Shown one piece after another: positions 1 through 12,505 of a DNA stretch of 63,202 nucleotides (the first letter of the stretch is position 1; every line of letters starts with the position of its first letter). The stretch lies in NCBI GenBank assembly GCA_021432655.1, contig MU271196.1, positions 124,001 through 187,202 of the forward strand, read 5' to 3'. The notes below the pieces were generated by a model. The model ran no database searches and was not told the DNA's origin. It worked only from the letters and a program-made list of their open reading frames with translations. A program made the translations under genes and the position numbers. The DNA is from Atractiella rhizophila. Lineage: Eukaryota.

Positions 1-1857
1 ATGCATTGATTCATAAGTAATTCCATTATTTTCTTCTCGTTTTAGACTCTTGAGGTTCGCTAGATTGACACGGGAGCATGTTTTGACAAATCTAACAAGA
101 GCACTTCGCTTTGTCCATGATTGTTCAGAGACATGTCTGCGCAAAGGCGACATTTTGCTCCCAAAAATAATTTTCCACAGTTAGACTTCAACGGGTGCAA
201 GGACAATTCAAAATAAGACGGATAATATGTTTCCAGAGTCGAGAGAGCTAGTGAAGCTCGGATGATTGTAGAAAGTCATAAAAGATGATCTTGTGAGGTT
301 CCTACGCTACGTGTGGTCAGGTCATCGTAACATCGAGTTCTTCACCTGACACCCGCAAAATTTTGATTGACTGTTTGATTGTCCTCAGAAGTGGGAATAA
401 AAGTTACTCAGAACTTTAACCGAACAGAGCCAGTCCAGGAGCCTAAAGAGCAGGCAATGTCGAGTTCAGATTAAGATCGTGAACCAAAAATGTCCTGAAC
501 CTCATTACGTTCTTCCTAGAATTCTGCTTAACGGCGTCTCGATAGGTGAAATAGCTTGGTATTTTCGAAGCTCCAACTGTCCACTACGAAAGAGAAATCG
601 AAGTAGCTCTGTGGGTAGATTTTCTAATGAAGAGACGCCTGTCTGAGCTGGATTGTTTGCGGCGCACCCAAGTTGGAAAGCGTCATGCAAATGCGCTGAA
701 AAAGGTGAACGAAACTTGTTGCAAAGGTTCTGACTGAAAAGGTCGAATGACTGCTTAGAATTTGGATCAGCTTGGAAACAAAGTTGTTGTAAACTAGAAG
801 ACCGAATTGAAAAGACAGGAAAGAGGAAGAAGTAGTCTCGGAGGCAAGATAATCAGACACAATATCTCCTGTGACTTTATTTACGTGGGCCTTGATACTG
901 AAACTTGAGGGGCAATTGTGGTCCAAAAATTCTGAAGAAGTGTCTTCAATCGAACAGTCTCTGTGCTTGCTACTGGACGAGTCACTGGGGCAGCATCAGA
1001 TCCAAGTCTCGCAAGGGGGCTGCTGCCATATGTATCCCTTCAATCTTTGAGAAGTCATGGTACTTTCTGGCCACAGTCGGCATTGCTTTGACGTGCCTGG
1101 TGCTTTACTTTTTGGTTTGGAAGGGCGCAGCAGTCAGGTCGAGGTCAGGTGATCTCGTCTTGACAGCCTTATGGACGCACTTCCCGTTGAGCTGGTGGAC
1201 ACGATTTTCTCTTTCGCCGTGCTTGGATGGAATGTCGGGACCTACAGTTGGCTGTGTATTTCTAGAAGGATTGAAGACGTTTATAAGTTTATCAGTTCAG
1301 GGCTTTGATGAGATTTGCTTCCACATGACAAACAGGTCTGATCTGTGATTTTCATAAATGATCTCCCTGCTCCTCTCAAGGAGTATGAAATCATCGACGG
1401 GAGGATCGTGTTGTCTCGTGTTGTCCGCACATATAAAAATATTTCGTGATAAAGTGCGCATCCTTGCATGCTTGGATTGCAATAATTGACAAACTGATGC
1501 ACTATTGCTATGACCAATTTGACAACAGGCCTGTCTATGATCCGTACATATAACCTGCCATCACCTAGCACCTAACCAATAGAACGAGTCCATTGCATTC
1601 GTAACTTTACTGCTACCAGCTGTCACAACCTTCCTCTCCTCGTAGAGTACCTGTTGCCATCAATAAGCCTCATATTAAATCTCAGTCTTTTGACTGGCTA
1701 GCACTTTCATCTTGCGATAATAGTCAATGTACTTCAACTTTGGATTTGGTGGCTGTTTATTGATAAGCCCTCTATTTGTGGAATGCTGCGATCAGCGATT
1801 AATTATCCTGCTTCTTCCTCACAGAACTAGAAGTCTAAGAATTTACTGCGACTCTAG

Positions 1858-2991
1858 GTGAGACGAGCCTTGTGCGAGGAACCTCCCGGCATCTTTGAGT
1901 ACAGTGACGTGCATAAACTGCTTCGATACCTTGCTCGATATCCAAACTATGCACAATGCGTTCGACACTTTCAAATCGATCTCTACGACGAAGCTTATTA
2001 CGATTACGAATTAAATTCCAACAAGCTGGAGAACGAAAACAACACGGCTGCTCTCTCTCAGCTCCTCCTTCTCTGCGTCAATGTCACCACACTTACATTC
2101 TAGGCCCCCTTCAACTTTTCAGGCACCAACGGTCACATGTGGGAACTCCCCTGTTTAAGGCACATTCGAATTCTGAACACTCATCCAAACTTCCTCTTAC
2201 CTCTCTTGGAGAGGTATCTCAGCATTACCACCTTCGAGATTCTCGGAGCTGACGGAGACGATCGAGGGTGGTTAGGCAACGCTCCTGGGGTGTTTACGCT
2301 CAAATATTCTACGGAATCTTCCAAAGATGATCTACAAGCCAACTGTGTCCATGACGGTGTCCTTTCGAAGGGCCTCAGGTCACTTTTGATGCCTGCTAAA
2401 GAGTACGATTCTGCTGCGACCACCATACAAGATGTTCTCGTCAGTCTCCTACACGACAATTTCAATCTGCCTCCTCTTCAAATCCTCGAATTGGCACTTT
2501 TCGAATATACAGCCGATGATCTCCTGTTCCCCCTCCTCCTGCAGATACAAGCTTCGATCAAAGTCCTACGACTTTCCGGCAGCGAAGAAAGCATTGATCC
2601 AGACTACGGATACAGAGAAGCAGATGAGTCCGACGATGGTGCTGGATCTGCTCATTTCTACGAACTACTGGAAGGCTGCAAATCTCTTCAGGTGCTTCAT
2701 TTAGCTCAAGTGGGTTTGAGTGGTTGGAAAGAGTCATCGCGTGGATACTTCACTTCTTCTGTTCGTGAACTCGTTTTGGATAAAATCGAAGGTTATTCGA
2801 TTGATATTTCTCTATGGGAGGAGACATTCAAAAGATTCAACCCACCTATCTCGACAATCACGGTAGTTCCCAGCTTCGATTGGTCCCATCCCGTTGTCAG
2901 CGCCGAAAGGTATAAGGCTATGGAAGGAACACTTGAAAGATACAACATTACATTGCAATATAAGCATTTTGTTGTAGAGCGAAAGCCTTAG
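1858..2991 (+). pseudogene. F-box/LRR-like protein, probably disrupted
   Basis: ORFs 1858-2103 and 2137-2991 share a frame and are separated by a single TAG (2101-2103) with no intron of plausible size around it. LxxLxL leucine-rich units are present (LPCLRHIRI, LPPLQILEL, CKSLQVLHL, VRELVL). The 5' end is unresolved. Confidence 0.5.
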
Positions 2992-3068
2992 AGTTAGGGT
3001 TTTGAGGGTCGTGTTGGTTTAACATAAAATTTTGTAGACAGATCATGATTGTACTTGGAAGATGATAT

Positions 3069-4381
3069 TTAGACAAAAAGACTCGACTCGATGTGGGCAT
3101 TGTAACGCCCCCCTTTGACCGCAGCATCAGCTGCGCACTTTCTGATATCCTTGTCTTCATCCTCCGTTATTGTCACCTTCAGAGCACCCACGTTCTCTAA
3201 AACACCTTCCGGGCGAGTCTACACCGATGTGCTCAACATTCGTCTCTGTGGAGGGTACAAACATACGGAACCAGGAATAGGAAGGACCCATTCCTGTCTC
3301 AATGCCCAAGCAAGACAAAGCTGAGGAAGCGACACGTTCTTCTTAGCCGCCAGCGCGGATAACTGGTGAACAAGTTGAAGATTATGATCGAAATTCTCAG
3401 GCTGGATGAAAATATAAGTCGCAAACACTAGAGTGAAGAGCTATCTTACTTGGAAACGATCAAAATAGGATCTTATGTCGCCTTTGGGTACGTCAGACGC
3501 TGATTTGAGAGCTCCTGCCAGCATTCCTCTCCCTGAGAAATAGGAGCGTCAGAAAGGCAGCACTGTGATAGAGAGTTGCGAACCAAGAGGAGAATAGCCC
3601 ACGATTGGGATCTTCAATTCCTTGCACGCTTCAAGCAAGCCATTGTTTTCGATATCTTGGGACCAGACGGAATATTCCGCTTCAACCTGCAAGTGATGTT
3701 AAGACCTTGATAGGATAGCAAGTGGAAAAATATGTGCTCACGAGAGAGATAGGATACACAGCTTGAGCACGTTTCAAAGTAGCAGCCGAAACCCTAGTTA
3801 TTTGGTCAGCAACGCGCTGCCTGACACTGGGTACAAAGTTGACCACATACTCAGACAGTCCAATGTGATCGAATTTTCCCTCCTCGATAAGGCCTTTTAA
3901 GTCTTTCACAATATCCTCGATGGACCTGGAACGATCAATTCTAGCAGGCTGGAACAAATCCAGCTTCTTAGTTCCATCCAAATGAGCTAGTATCCTATCG
4001 ACACTGCCCCTCAGATTTTCGGACGAACAGTCCGGATGAAGGTTTTCCAAATTGGTTGCTCCTTTGACAGAAAGGAAGACCTTGTCGGCGTATCCGGGGT
4101 AAGCTTTGAAAAAGCGCGCGAGAAGCTTGAGATTGGCTCCCGGTTCTTCGGGACGATTGTAGAACTCGCCAGCGTTGATAAAGGTTGAACCAGAATCAAT
4201 CGCCGCTTTGATCGCTGGAAAGGCACGTTCGTCTGGGACCGTAACAGGCTTCCAGGTGCTAATTGTGGGTTTAGTGACGTTTCAATCTGAAGGGAGGAAC
4301 TCACAAGTTCATAAGACCATAGCCTAGCTTGCCCACAGTTGTGCTTTTCAAGCCGTTGCTTATCGTGATGGAGGGGGACAT
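3069..4381 (-). CDS. Aldo-keto reductase, pyridoxal-reductase-like (multi-exon)
   Basis: ATG at 4381 gives MSPSITISNGLKSTTVGKLGYGLMN. AKR motifs: LDLFQPARID, EGKFDHIGLSE, QLCLAW...LPIPGS, ENVGA. Stop TAA at 3069-3071 after GGRYNAHIESSLFV. Confidence 0.9.
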
Positions 4382-6368
4382 GGTCTTCTCTGTATTCAAT
4401 GTCAGCAGCTTTTTTTTTTGAGAAGTGGGAGGCCTACCAATGTGAGTTTTTTGATAACGCTCGGTGACTGTCTTCTGAGATTCGTATTTGAGTTGCTTCT
4501 TTCAAGGGCAGGACCATCCGATTTTATAGCCCTTTCAGCACTCCACTTTCAGCTTCATTAGAGAATCCAACTCCACTTCCTATTGCAGGTGCATTCATTC
4601 TGAGAGAGATGTGGTGGAGGTACGGCCTCGCCGATGCCAATGGAGGAGGCACAGGCAGGCATAGGCGTTAACACAGACACATTCGGCCATAAGTCGGCGA
4701 CAACGTCGGGTCGTCGACGATAAGAGGCCTACATCTAAACTGAGGAGGAACAAGTATTAGTGGAGCTCGCCGATCTAGGGGACGTGTGCCCATGCCTCCT
4801 TCGGCCAAACGGACTTTCTGGATCGAACGAAAGCGTGGAGCCCATATACAGGAACAGAATACGAGGTTCACGTTTGCCCTTCAAGTCAGCCGACTTTGGT
4901 TTTTTACGAAGAGGTGGATAGGGCCCAATTAAAAGTTTCAAGATAAGAGAGACTTTGGTTTCTAACGAGTCGTCGAGGTATGATTCTTAACTCCCATTCA
5001 GTCTTATGCGTTCAGGGATGTTATCATTGTCAGCACTCCCTTACATTCTTCTTCTTTCCCATAGGGGAAGAGAGGATGGTGATCAGATGATTAGCAAATT
5101 GACAGTTATCCAATAGCCATAACATTAACTCCAACGACACTCCAGGAGCATTTCCAAGAGGTTCTTGTTCTTTCCTCCTTATTCATCTTTGGAAGTCTTA
5201 ACGGCCTGAAGTGGGACATGGTAGGCGTCAGTCGAGCGAGGATTCTTTCCTCCTTGAAAGAAGAAGATTTAGCTTCAACGTATCATATATCAATTTCAGG
5301 ATCACGCGACGATGCGACAAAAATGTATCCCAATCCTTGTCCTGCCTGTGAGGCAAAACATCCTGCTACAGCTGATGGCTTCGAAGAAGTACATCAGGCA
5401 TAGGCGTTCGCCACATGAACGAAAATGGAAAAATGATTCAATCAAAGCAGCATCCACACTCAGAGGGAACGCGCTTAAGCTGTTGACTGATAAACTGGTA
5501 ACATCCAGGGAAACTGTCGCACCGACTTCAAGGGAGGAACTCCAATGTCGTAGAAACCCTCTTTGCTCCAGTCTCGTTACTTGGTTCATGGGCTCGCTCC
5601 CCTGCCAGTCCTTTCTCAAAGGATGGTCATATTGACAACTTGAAGGCACAAAACACCGAAACCCAAATACCCCATACATATTCCCGCCGGCCCGCATTAT
5701 TCTTCGATCGTTTTCAGATTGTCCGACTTCCTCGAACGACGACTCCAATTCTTCCTGCTCCCCATCCCACCCGCCCCACCCGCTGCCTTATGCCCTCCAC
5801 TTAACACTCACCCCCCTCTGACTCGCACCATTCCCGCGTTATTGTCACGCCGAAAGCTGCACGAAGGGGTGGGTCGCCTCCACTTCTGCTTATCGAAGGG
5901 TCACGAAGTCGAAAACGAATCACGATACGTCACACGGAAGAGAGGGTGGTAGCTGTAGCGGACTACTTGATTAGTGATCCGCAAGTGGAGGTTGCTGGTG
6001 CTTAGCAAATACTTTATAACGGATCGCGACACTTGGGATTGCCATCAGCTCAGCCCAGAGACGAGGCAGTATAAAAGATGTCGCTCATGATTGCAGCCAT
6101 GTTGTTGTCCAGTGGAGGCAGGTTCGATATGTCTCAGCCATTTGCGCACTGGGAAGGAATTGGAGGGTTTGGTGGAGTGGACGAAGGACCATTGTGCGTC
6201 TCTCTCTCCCTGTGTTTCTGTTACTTCGGTTCGAGACCGCGACAAACTGTGGAGACTGATGTGTTTAATTGTTCCTTTTTTAGTTCGCTCAAGAGATACA
6301 CCTCCGCAACTACCAAAACCTCCTGCCCTGAGGCAGAAACAGAACCAGATGAAGGAGAGCGGGAGACA

Positions 6369-8668
6369 ATGCACCCATCAGGTCTCAAACTCTCCATCTC
6401 CCTCTCCTCACCGTCCTTCCGCACCCACGACATGGCACAGGGCAGCATCCGCATCACTCGTCTTTCCCAACAACAACAACAACGAACACTACCGAGAATC
6501 ACAGCGCACTCCCTCTCCTTCCGCGTCTTCTACGAATCCCGTTCCCTCTTCCGGCACGCAAGTATGGAAACCACCTTACCTCCCTCCGGCCCCAAATCCA
6601 AGCGCGCAAGACCCCGGCCGGTGAGGACGATCAAACACGATTGGTTTCGCTCCTACCTCGTTAGACATGGTGTGGTGTTCGATGCTACCACTCAGGCGTA
6701 TGGTGATGAGGAGGTCGTTTTGTTGGAGGAGGGAGAGAGAGAGAGGGAGTGGCCGATCGCTTTTGAGATTCCTGGGAGAGCTCATGTCGAAGAGTGGGCG
6801 GGAGGAATTCAGGGTGCGTACTCGTGATTCTTTTGGCCTTTTTCTGTTCATGCTCTGTTCATGCTTGTTCGATTGTTTCGATTTCGCGTCATGACGCGTT
6901 GTATGCTGCTTTCATGGAATGAGGATGTCCATTGTTGGAGATGATGGCCTATTTTCAAGGGGATTTCTTAACGAAGTGGATCAAGTTCAATTTAGCTGAG
7001 CCGATGGATATCTCGATCTCGCTTCATGTCCTAGATTCTTTCCGCAAGAGGTTTTATTACCCTCAGTATGTTATTAATTTTTGATATTTTATGGAACAGG
7101 AGCCATACGGCAACCCGATATCTTATTCGGATGGCGCTCCCCTCCCCCTTCTTTCAAAGGAGGAGACGACGCCTTAGTCGAATACATCGTCGAAGCCGTC
7201 TTGGACTTGGGCACATCGAACCACACATCCAATCCGTCTGCGTCTCCCGACTCTCCCGCTTCCCCTTCTTCCCTATTATCTTCGGGAGGGGAAGAAGATT
7301 CGGAGGAAGAAGAGAGGTTGCCTGGTTTTGACGAGTCTGCGAACACGAGGGAGGAGAGGGATGAACATGGTTGTTTGAGGAGTACGAGGAGGACGGTAGT
7401 CTCCAGAACTGTTTTTGAGTGCGGTATGTCCATCTATTTTTCTGGGAGTTGATGAAACTGATACGATTGATCGATGTTGGGATGGTTAGAGCCGAGGAAC
7501 AGTGATGTCATGCCTTTGTATTCTACCCTGGATGATGGAGAGCAGGAGCAGGATTTTGTGCAGTTTGGGAGGAGGATAGAGAACGAAGGTACGTCGGTTG
7601 CTTTAGGACCTTTGTTCATGTTACAGACATAATTATTGACATTGGGTGTAGGAATCGGCGGAAAGCTGATGCTGAGGACGAATACAATGCTCAAATCTGT
7701 GTTTCGTCATGGCGGGGAATGGAGGACGTGGGAGAAAGAGTATGATCTGAGAAGCAGCAAGCTTTCGCGGCCATTAGGAATACTGAGAACTGAAGTTCGC
7801 ACATTTTCTCTTTCTCTATTCCAAACCAAGATTAACGAGTCCGAAAAAGCTTTCTCAACCATCGCCCCCACTGCTTGGCCGTACATCCGAAACTCTCACC
7901 CTATACCTTGCACTTTCTTTCCGTCCTCCTCCTGCGCCATCCTCTTCCTCGTTCCCATTTATCAAAGCGAAGCCCGCAGAAAATCAAATGTTGTACATCG
8001 AAAGATGCCTTGTCACTCTTTCCTGTCGTACCATGGTTCGAGGGGGAAGAGAATATCGAGGACGGATGCACTTGGTAGAACTGAGAAGGCAAGAGTTCGA
8101 TTTCACCACTCCGGCCCCTGTTCCCGTCTCTCCCTCACCTAGGGGAGGACGACGCATATCCATCTCGCTCCCCTCTCGTCGACCACGTCCAACTTCGACC
8201 CATTCTCTGCCACCTCCAACGACAACGACGCCGACGACGACCACCGCACACCAAGGTATCCCACTCCCTTGTCTTCCACCAGGATCGGGAGGCGAAGAGC
8301 TGCTCCTCCTCCCCTTCGACCTCCAAACCGAAACACAGAACCCGTCCCGTCCACACAGGAATATCCCACTAGGGGATCAGGCGATCAGTTTTCGACAACA
8401 TAACATCGAGCGTGAATACGTCGTCAGCGTCTCCCTCCAGATTGGAGGACGCGGAGCGGGTGGCGGGAGACAGTATTGTGTCGCTAGGTTTCCGATCCAG
8501 ATCGTGCCGGGAGAGGAAGATGGGCATCTGGATTTGGGATTGCCGAGTTGGGAGGAGGCGGTGGCTGGGTTGGATGAGGGCGAGAGGGAGAGAAGGTTGA
8601 GTGGAGAGATTCCTAGGGAGGTTGTGGTGGTGGATGCGAGAGATGATGGTTTGCCTGGTTATGATTGA
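6369..8668 (+). CDS. Arrestin-like (alpha-arrestin) protein (multi-exon)
   Basis: N-terminal LSISLSSPSF...GSIRI, WPIAFEIP, PPSFKGGDDALVEYIVEAVL and IEREYVVSVSLQI fit an arrestin fold. C-terminal LPSWEEAV and LPGY resemble PY motifs. Internal exon structure is approximate. Confidence 0.6.
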
Positions 8669-9186
8669 GTTTCTTGTGCTTGAATCGTTTTCTCTTTGTT
8701 CTGTTTCTATCGAGTTCGTGTTGAAAGAAAGATACCAGTAGGCTGCTTTTTGATACCCAAAGAATACCTATGCGAAAGAACTTTGTTGCTTGTGATTAAT
8801 ATTGCCCATAACTTGATAGCAACCAAATTGAAATGTGAAATGTTAATTTTACTTCGCGGAGTGAGTTCATGAAGACAGGGAGACATTGCATCGATGTTAA
8901 TTCCACTCCAGCTCTCAGCTAGTATGCCATGGCACCGTAACATGAACATCGTCAATCCAATGGCGTGACACGTTAACATGTTATTAGATTAACATTGACA
9001 TTTAATTAAGCATTAAACAGCAACGAGGCACGTGCAGTCGGCGTCTAATGACCGGAAACAAACGACGATTTCTCCTAGTACTTGGTTCTTCTTCACGGCC
9101 TTCATCCCAACGTCTCCTTCTCTTCCCCTTCGTACTCCTTCTCTACTACCTGCCCAAGTACTCCTAGCCTGCGCAAACGGGGGACA

Positions 9187-12100
9187 ATGACGACGACGCC
9201 CACCGGAGTTCCGCCGTCCTCGGGACTGGCTTACAGCGGCGTTGGACGTACCTTCCCCATGACAGCAGCTGGCGTGAATGGTGGCGGTAGTCGCGGTGGA
9301 AGTGGGAGTGGTACTCCGATAGCCAGCGGAAGTGGGAGTGGAGCAGGACTGACGCTGAAGGATTTCCTGCCGTTCGACATCATGGACTCTGACATGTTCT
9401 CCGTCCACTACTCCTCTCTTCTTTCACAGGATCAACTCGTCTATGCTGGTTAGTCGTCTCATTATCTAGTTCCAGCCATTCTTTCAGATTCATATATTGA
9501 CGTTTGTGCTGTGCTGTGGATATAGGCATCACGCCAGAGGAGCAAAAGTCTGTTTTCTCCCAGTTGAAACGACAAGGAATCCACGAATTCATGCTCGCCC
9601 ACGCCTCCTCCTCCATCCCACATCTCCGACGGGTCCTAGCCTGCTTCGGAGTCAACGTTAGTCCATCCCTCCTCTTCCCAGCCTAGCCCAGCCCAGCCAT
9701 CGGAGACCACAAATGCTGACGTCGGTGTTCTGTGGGACACAGCCGGACTCCCTGAAGATCCAACCGTCCGATTTTTCAGCAGCGCTTTACCGTCCAGAAA
9801 CTATCACTTCTCAATACCCCGAGTTGCTGGCTGAACCGTCGACGGAGAATCAGATCAAGTCGAGGTTATTGACCGCTCTCTCTTGCACTGCTACTAAGGA
9901 GTGGGTACCGCCTCCATTCCCCGCTTTTCCTTTCTTGTGACCCTCTTGCGAGTTTCATTGATTGGTGGATGGATTGTGTGTGGCGGACAGGTTGAGGAGG
10001 AGAGAGAAGATCAGGAAGTACCATTCGGTTGACCATGTCCTCGATTTACTCAAATCCAGCAGGAGGATCATCGTCCTCTCCGGAGCTGGCGGTTTGTCTC
10101 CCCACCTGTTATCTTTCTACCTGCAACTTGCGAAGTGAAGGCAAACATAGCCGCTGACTGACTTGTGGATTGGATATGTTTTAGTGAGCACAAGCTGCGG
10201 CATCCCCGACTTCCGTTCCGAGAATGGACTTTACGCCAAACTTCAGGAGAGGTATCCAGAGCTCCAAGACCCACAGGACATGTTTCGTTCGTTCCTTTCG
10301 CTCTCCATTTCCGTTTCTCGGTGCTAAACAATTGCTGACGGTCCTTTTTGTGTCCGGCACAGACATGGACGTGTTCCGTGATGACCCCTCCATCTTCTTC
10401 TCCTTCGCTCGCGAAATATACCCCTCCCAATTCACACCGGCGCCGTCCCACCAATTTGTCAAGCTTCTTCAAGACCAGAAACAGCTCCTTCGGTCTTACA
10501 GTGCGGTCTCCTTGCTTCTCATTTCCATGCGCCTTCACTGACCGGTGTGGTGTCGCAATGGCTGACGTGCAGCCCAAAACATCGACGGTCTCTTTCTGAA
10601 ATGTGGAATCGACCCCGCCCGCTCGATCGAGTGTCACGGATCCTTCAAAACCGCCTCCTGCATCTCCTGCAAGACTCGTGTGCCAGGGACGGAGATCGAG
10701 GCGGCACTGTTGAAGCAGGAAATGGAGTATTGTAAGTTATGTAGAGCCAAGTTAGAGAGTACTGTGGAGAAGAAAAGGACGAAGGGAGCGCCGAAGAATT
10801 GGCAGAAGGGAAAGAGGGCTTTCGATGATGACTTTGATGACGATTTGGTCGATTTGGAGGGAGAGTTGAAGAGGATCGTCATGAAACCAGTACGCGTTCC
10901 TCGTCCCTTTGACTCGCGAATGTGGTGATGGATGGCAATTGGCAGGATATCACGTTTTTCGGTGAGAAGGTCGCCAACACTTATGATCGCTTTTTGCTCG
11001 CCGACCATAAGAAGGTCGACTTGATCGTCATCATGGGCACTTCGCTGCAGGTGGCTCCTGTCAGTCAACTGGTTTGTCCGTCTTCCGTACCATCCATGTC
11101 TTCTTTGAAATGACCGATTCAACGACATAGGGCATCTCCCACATACAGTGTACGCGTCGTTTCTCTCCAAATAGAAATACCCATTCATGACATGTGCACA
11201 GACCTCAAATTCTCATAAACAAAGAACCCCTCCCCTCCAACCGCATAAATCCCGACATCGCCCTGTACGGCGACTCCGATACCATCGTCTCCTACCTATG
11301 TCACCGTCTCGGATGGTCTCTGCCCGTGTGTGCGACGTCTAAATCGGCGGAAGACCTGCGTCGAATATCTTCCAACATCCGGCGAAGGGAGCGGAACGAG
11401 TGGGTGTTCGAAGGGGCAGCGATGGGAAGGGAGTGGGAGCAACAAATCAAGGAAGGGATTAAGCCGGTCGAGTATTCGGAGACCTGGTTCCTCGAAGACG
11501 ATGGGAGTGAACTCAGCGAAGTCGAGGATGACGGCGACGGAGAGGGGGACGGAAGTGGAGTTGGGGATGGAGAAGACGGAGAGGGGGGAGGGAAGGAGGA
11601 GTGGGACGGCCTACAACCGTTCGGTGTCGTACCAATGGGCATTGGTTTCCTCGCGGCCACGAGTCCAGGTGGAGGACCCCTGTTCCAGTCTGCTGTGGAC
11701 TTTGATCCTCCCCCCCTTGTCGGGGCACAGATGGTCTCCTTCGGAGGCTATAGAGACCCATACGCGCACGCTGGCGGGTCGTATGGGTTTGCGGAAGGAG
11801 GAGGATATTGGAGGGAAGACCTGGACAGCACCCCGACTGAAGACGAGAAACCTTTCGTTCACGGGTCACAGATGCAGCTTTCGCACAGACATCTCCTCAT
11901 CCCACTCCCAATCGCTCCCACGGCTTCGGTCGCGAAACCGAAGAAGAAGAAGGTGTATTCCAAGCGCACGCCAGAGGGGAGGTTGAGGGCGCCGAAGGCT
12001 TGTGAAGCTTGTAAGTACCTCTCGTTTCTTTTCCCGTCCTTTCGTGGAAAGAGGCCTGATGGTTTATGGTTGGGGCACAAAGGTCGGAGACTGCACGCTC

Positions 12101-12306
12101 GCTGTCAGTTTGCGGTGACGGATTCGATCTGTGCACGATGCAGCACCATGGGCCTGCGCTGCTCTTTCGAGGATGACGGATTGAGGGAGGATAGGAGAGA
12201 GGAGAGCGTTGAGATTCCAGAGTTGGGGAGTATGAAGAGGAAGATGTCGATGGGGCACGAGCTAGAGGAGGAACTGACGAAAAAGAATCGTCGAAAGACG
12301 AGGTAG
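9187..12306 (+). CDS. SIR2: Class I NAD-dependent deacetylase (Sir2/Hst1-like) with C-terminal Zn(II)2Cys6 domain
   Basis: Spliced motifs IIVLSGAG / STSCGIPDFRS, YTQNIDGL, ECHGSF, CxxC...CxxC (CISC, CKLC), MKP-DITFFGE, GTSLQVAPVSQL, PQILINKEPL. The last large ORF continues into CEACRRLHARCQFAVTDSICARCSTMGLRC after removal of intron 12011-12082. Confidence 0.9.
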
Positions 12307-12505
12307 ATTATTACGACCACCGTTAGGAAGGGAAGGATGGATGGAGTTCGAATTTCTTATCCTTGTTTATTGTTGTATATTCTCTCACTCTCAGACTCTG
12401 TCGGTTCTTGTTGCTATCGAATGATTCGATTGATTACCGCAATAGTATTCACATGTAAATCATAATCTAGCAATCCTGCACGCGAAAGAGTCGTCAGGGC
12501 ACTGA

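Noticed and set aside
1..1570. Short ORFs on both strands
   Set aside because: Stops in all frames and no recognisable motifs; cannot support a gene call.
4600..5950. Possible minus-strand gene fragments
   Set aside because: No consistent spliced model or family motif found.
9187..12306. SIR2 as an immune NADase partner of the NLR
   Set aside because: It has class I deacetylase motifs with a zinc subdomain and lies ~45 kb from the NLR.
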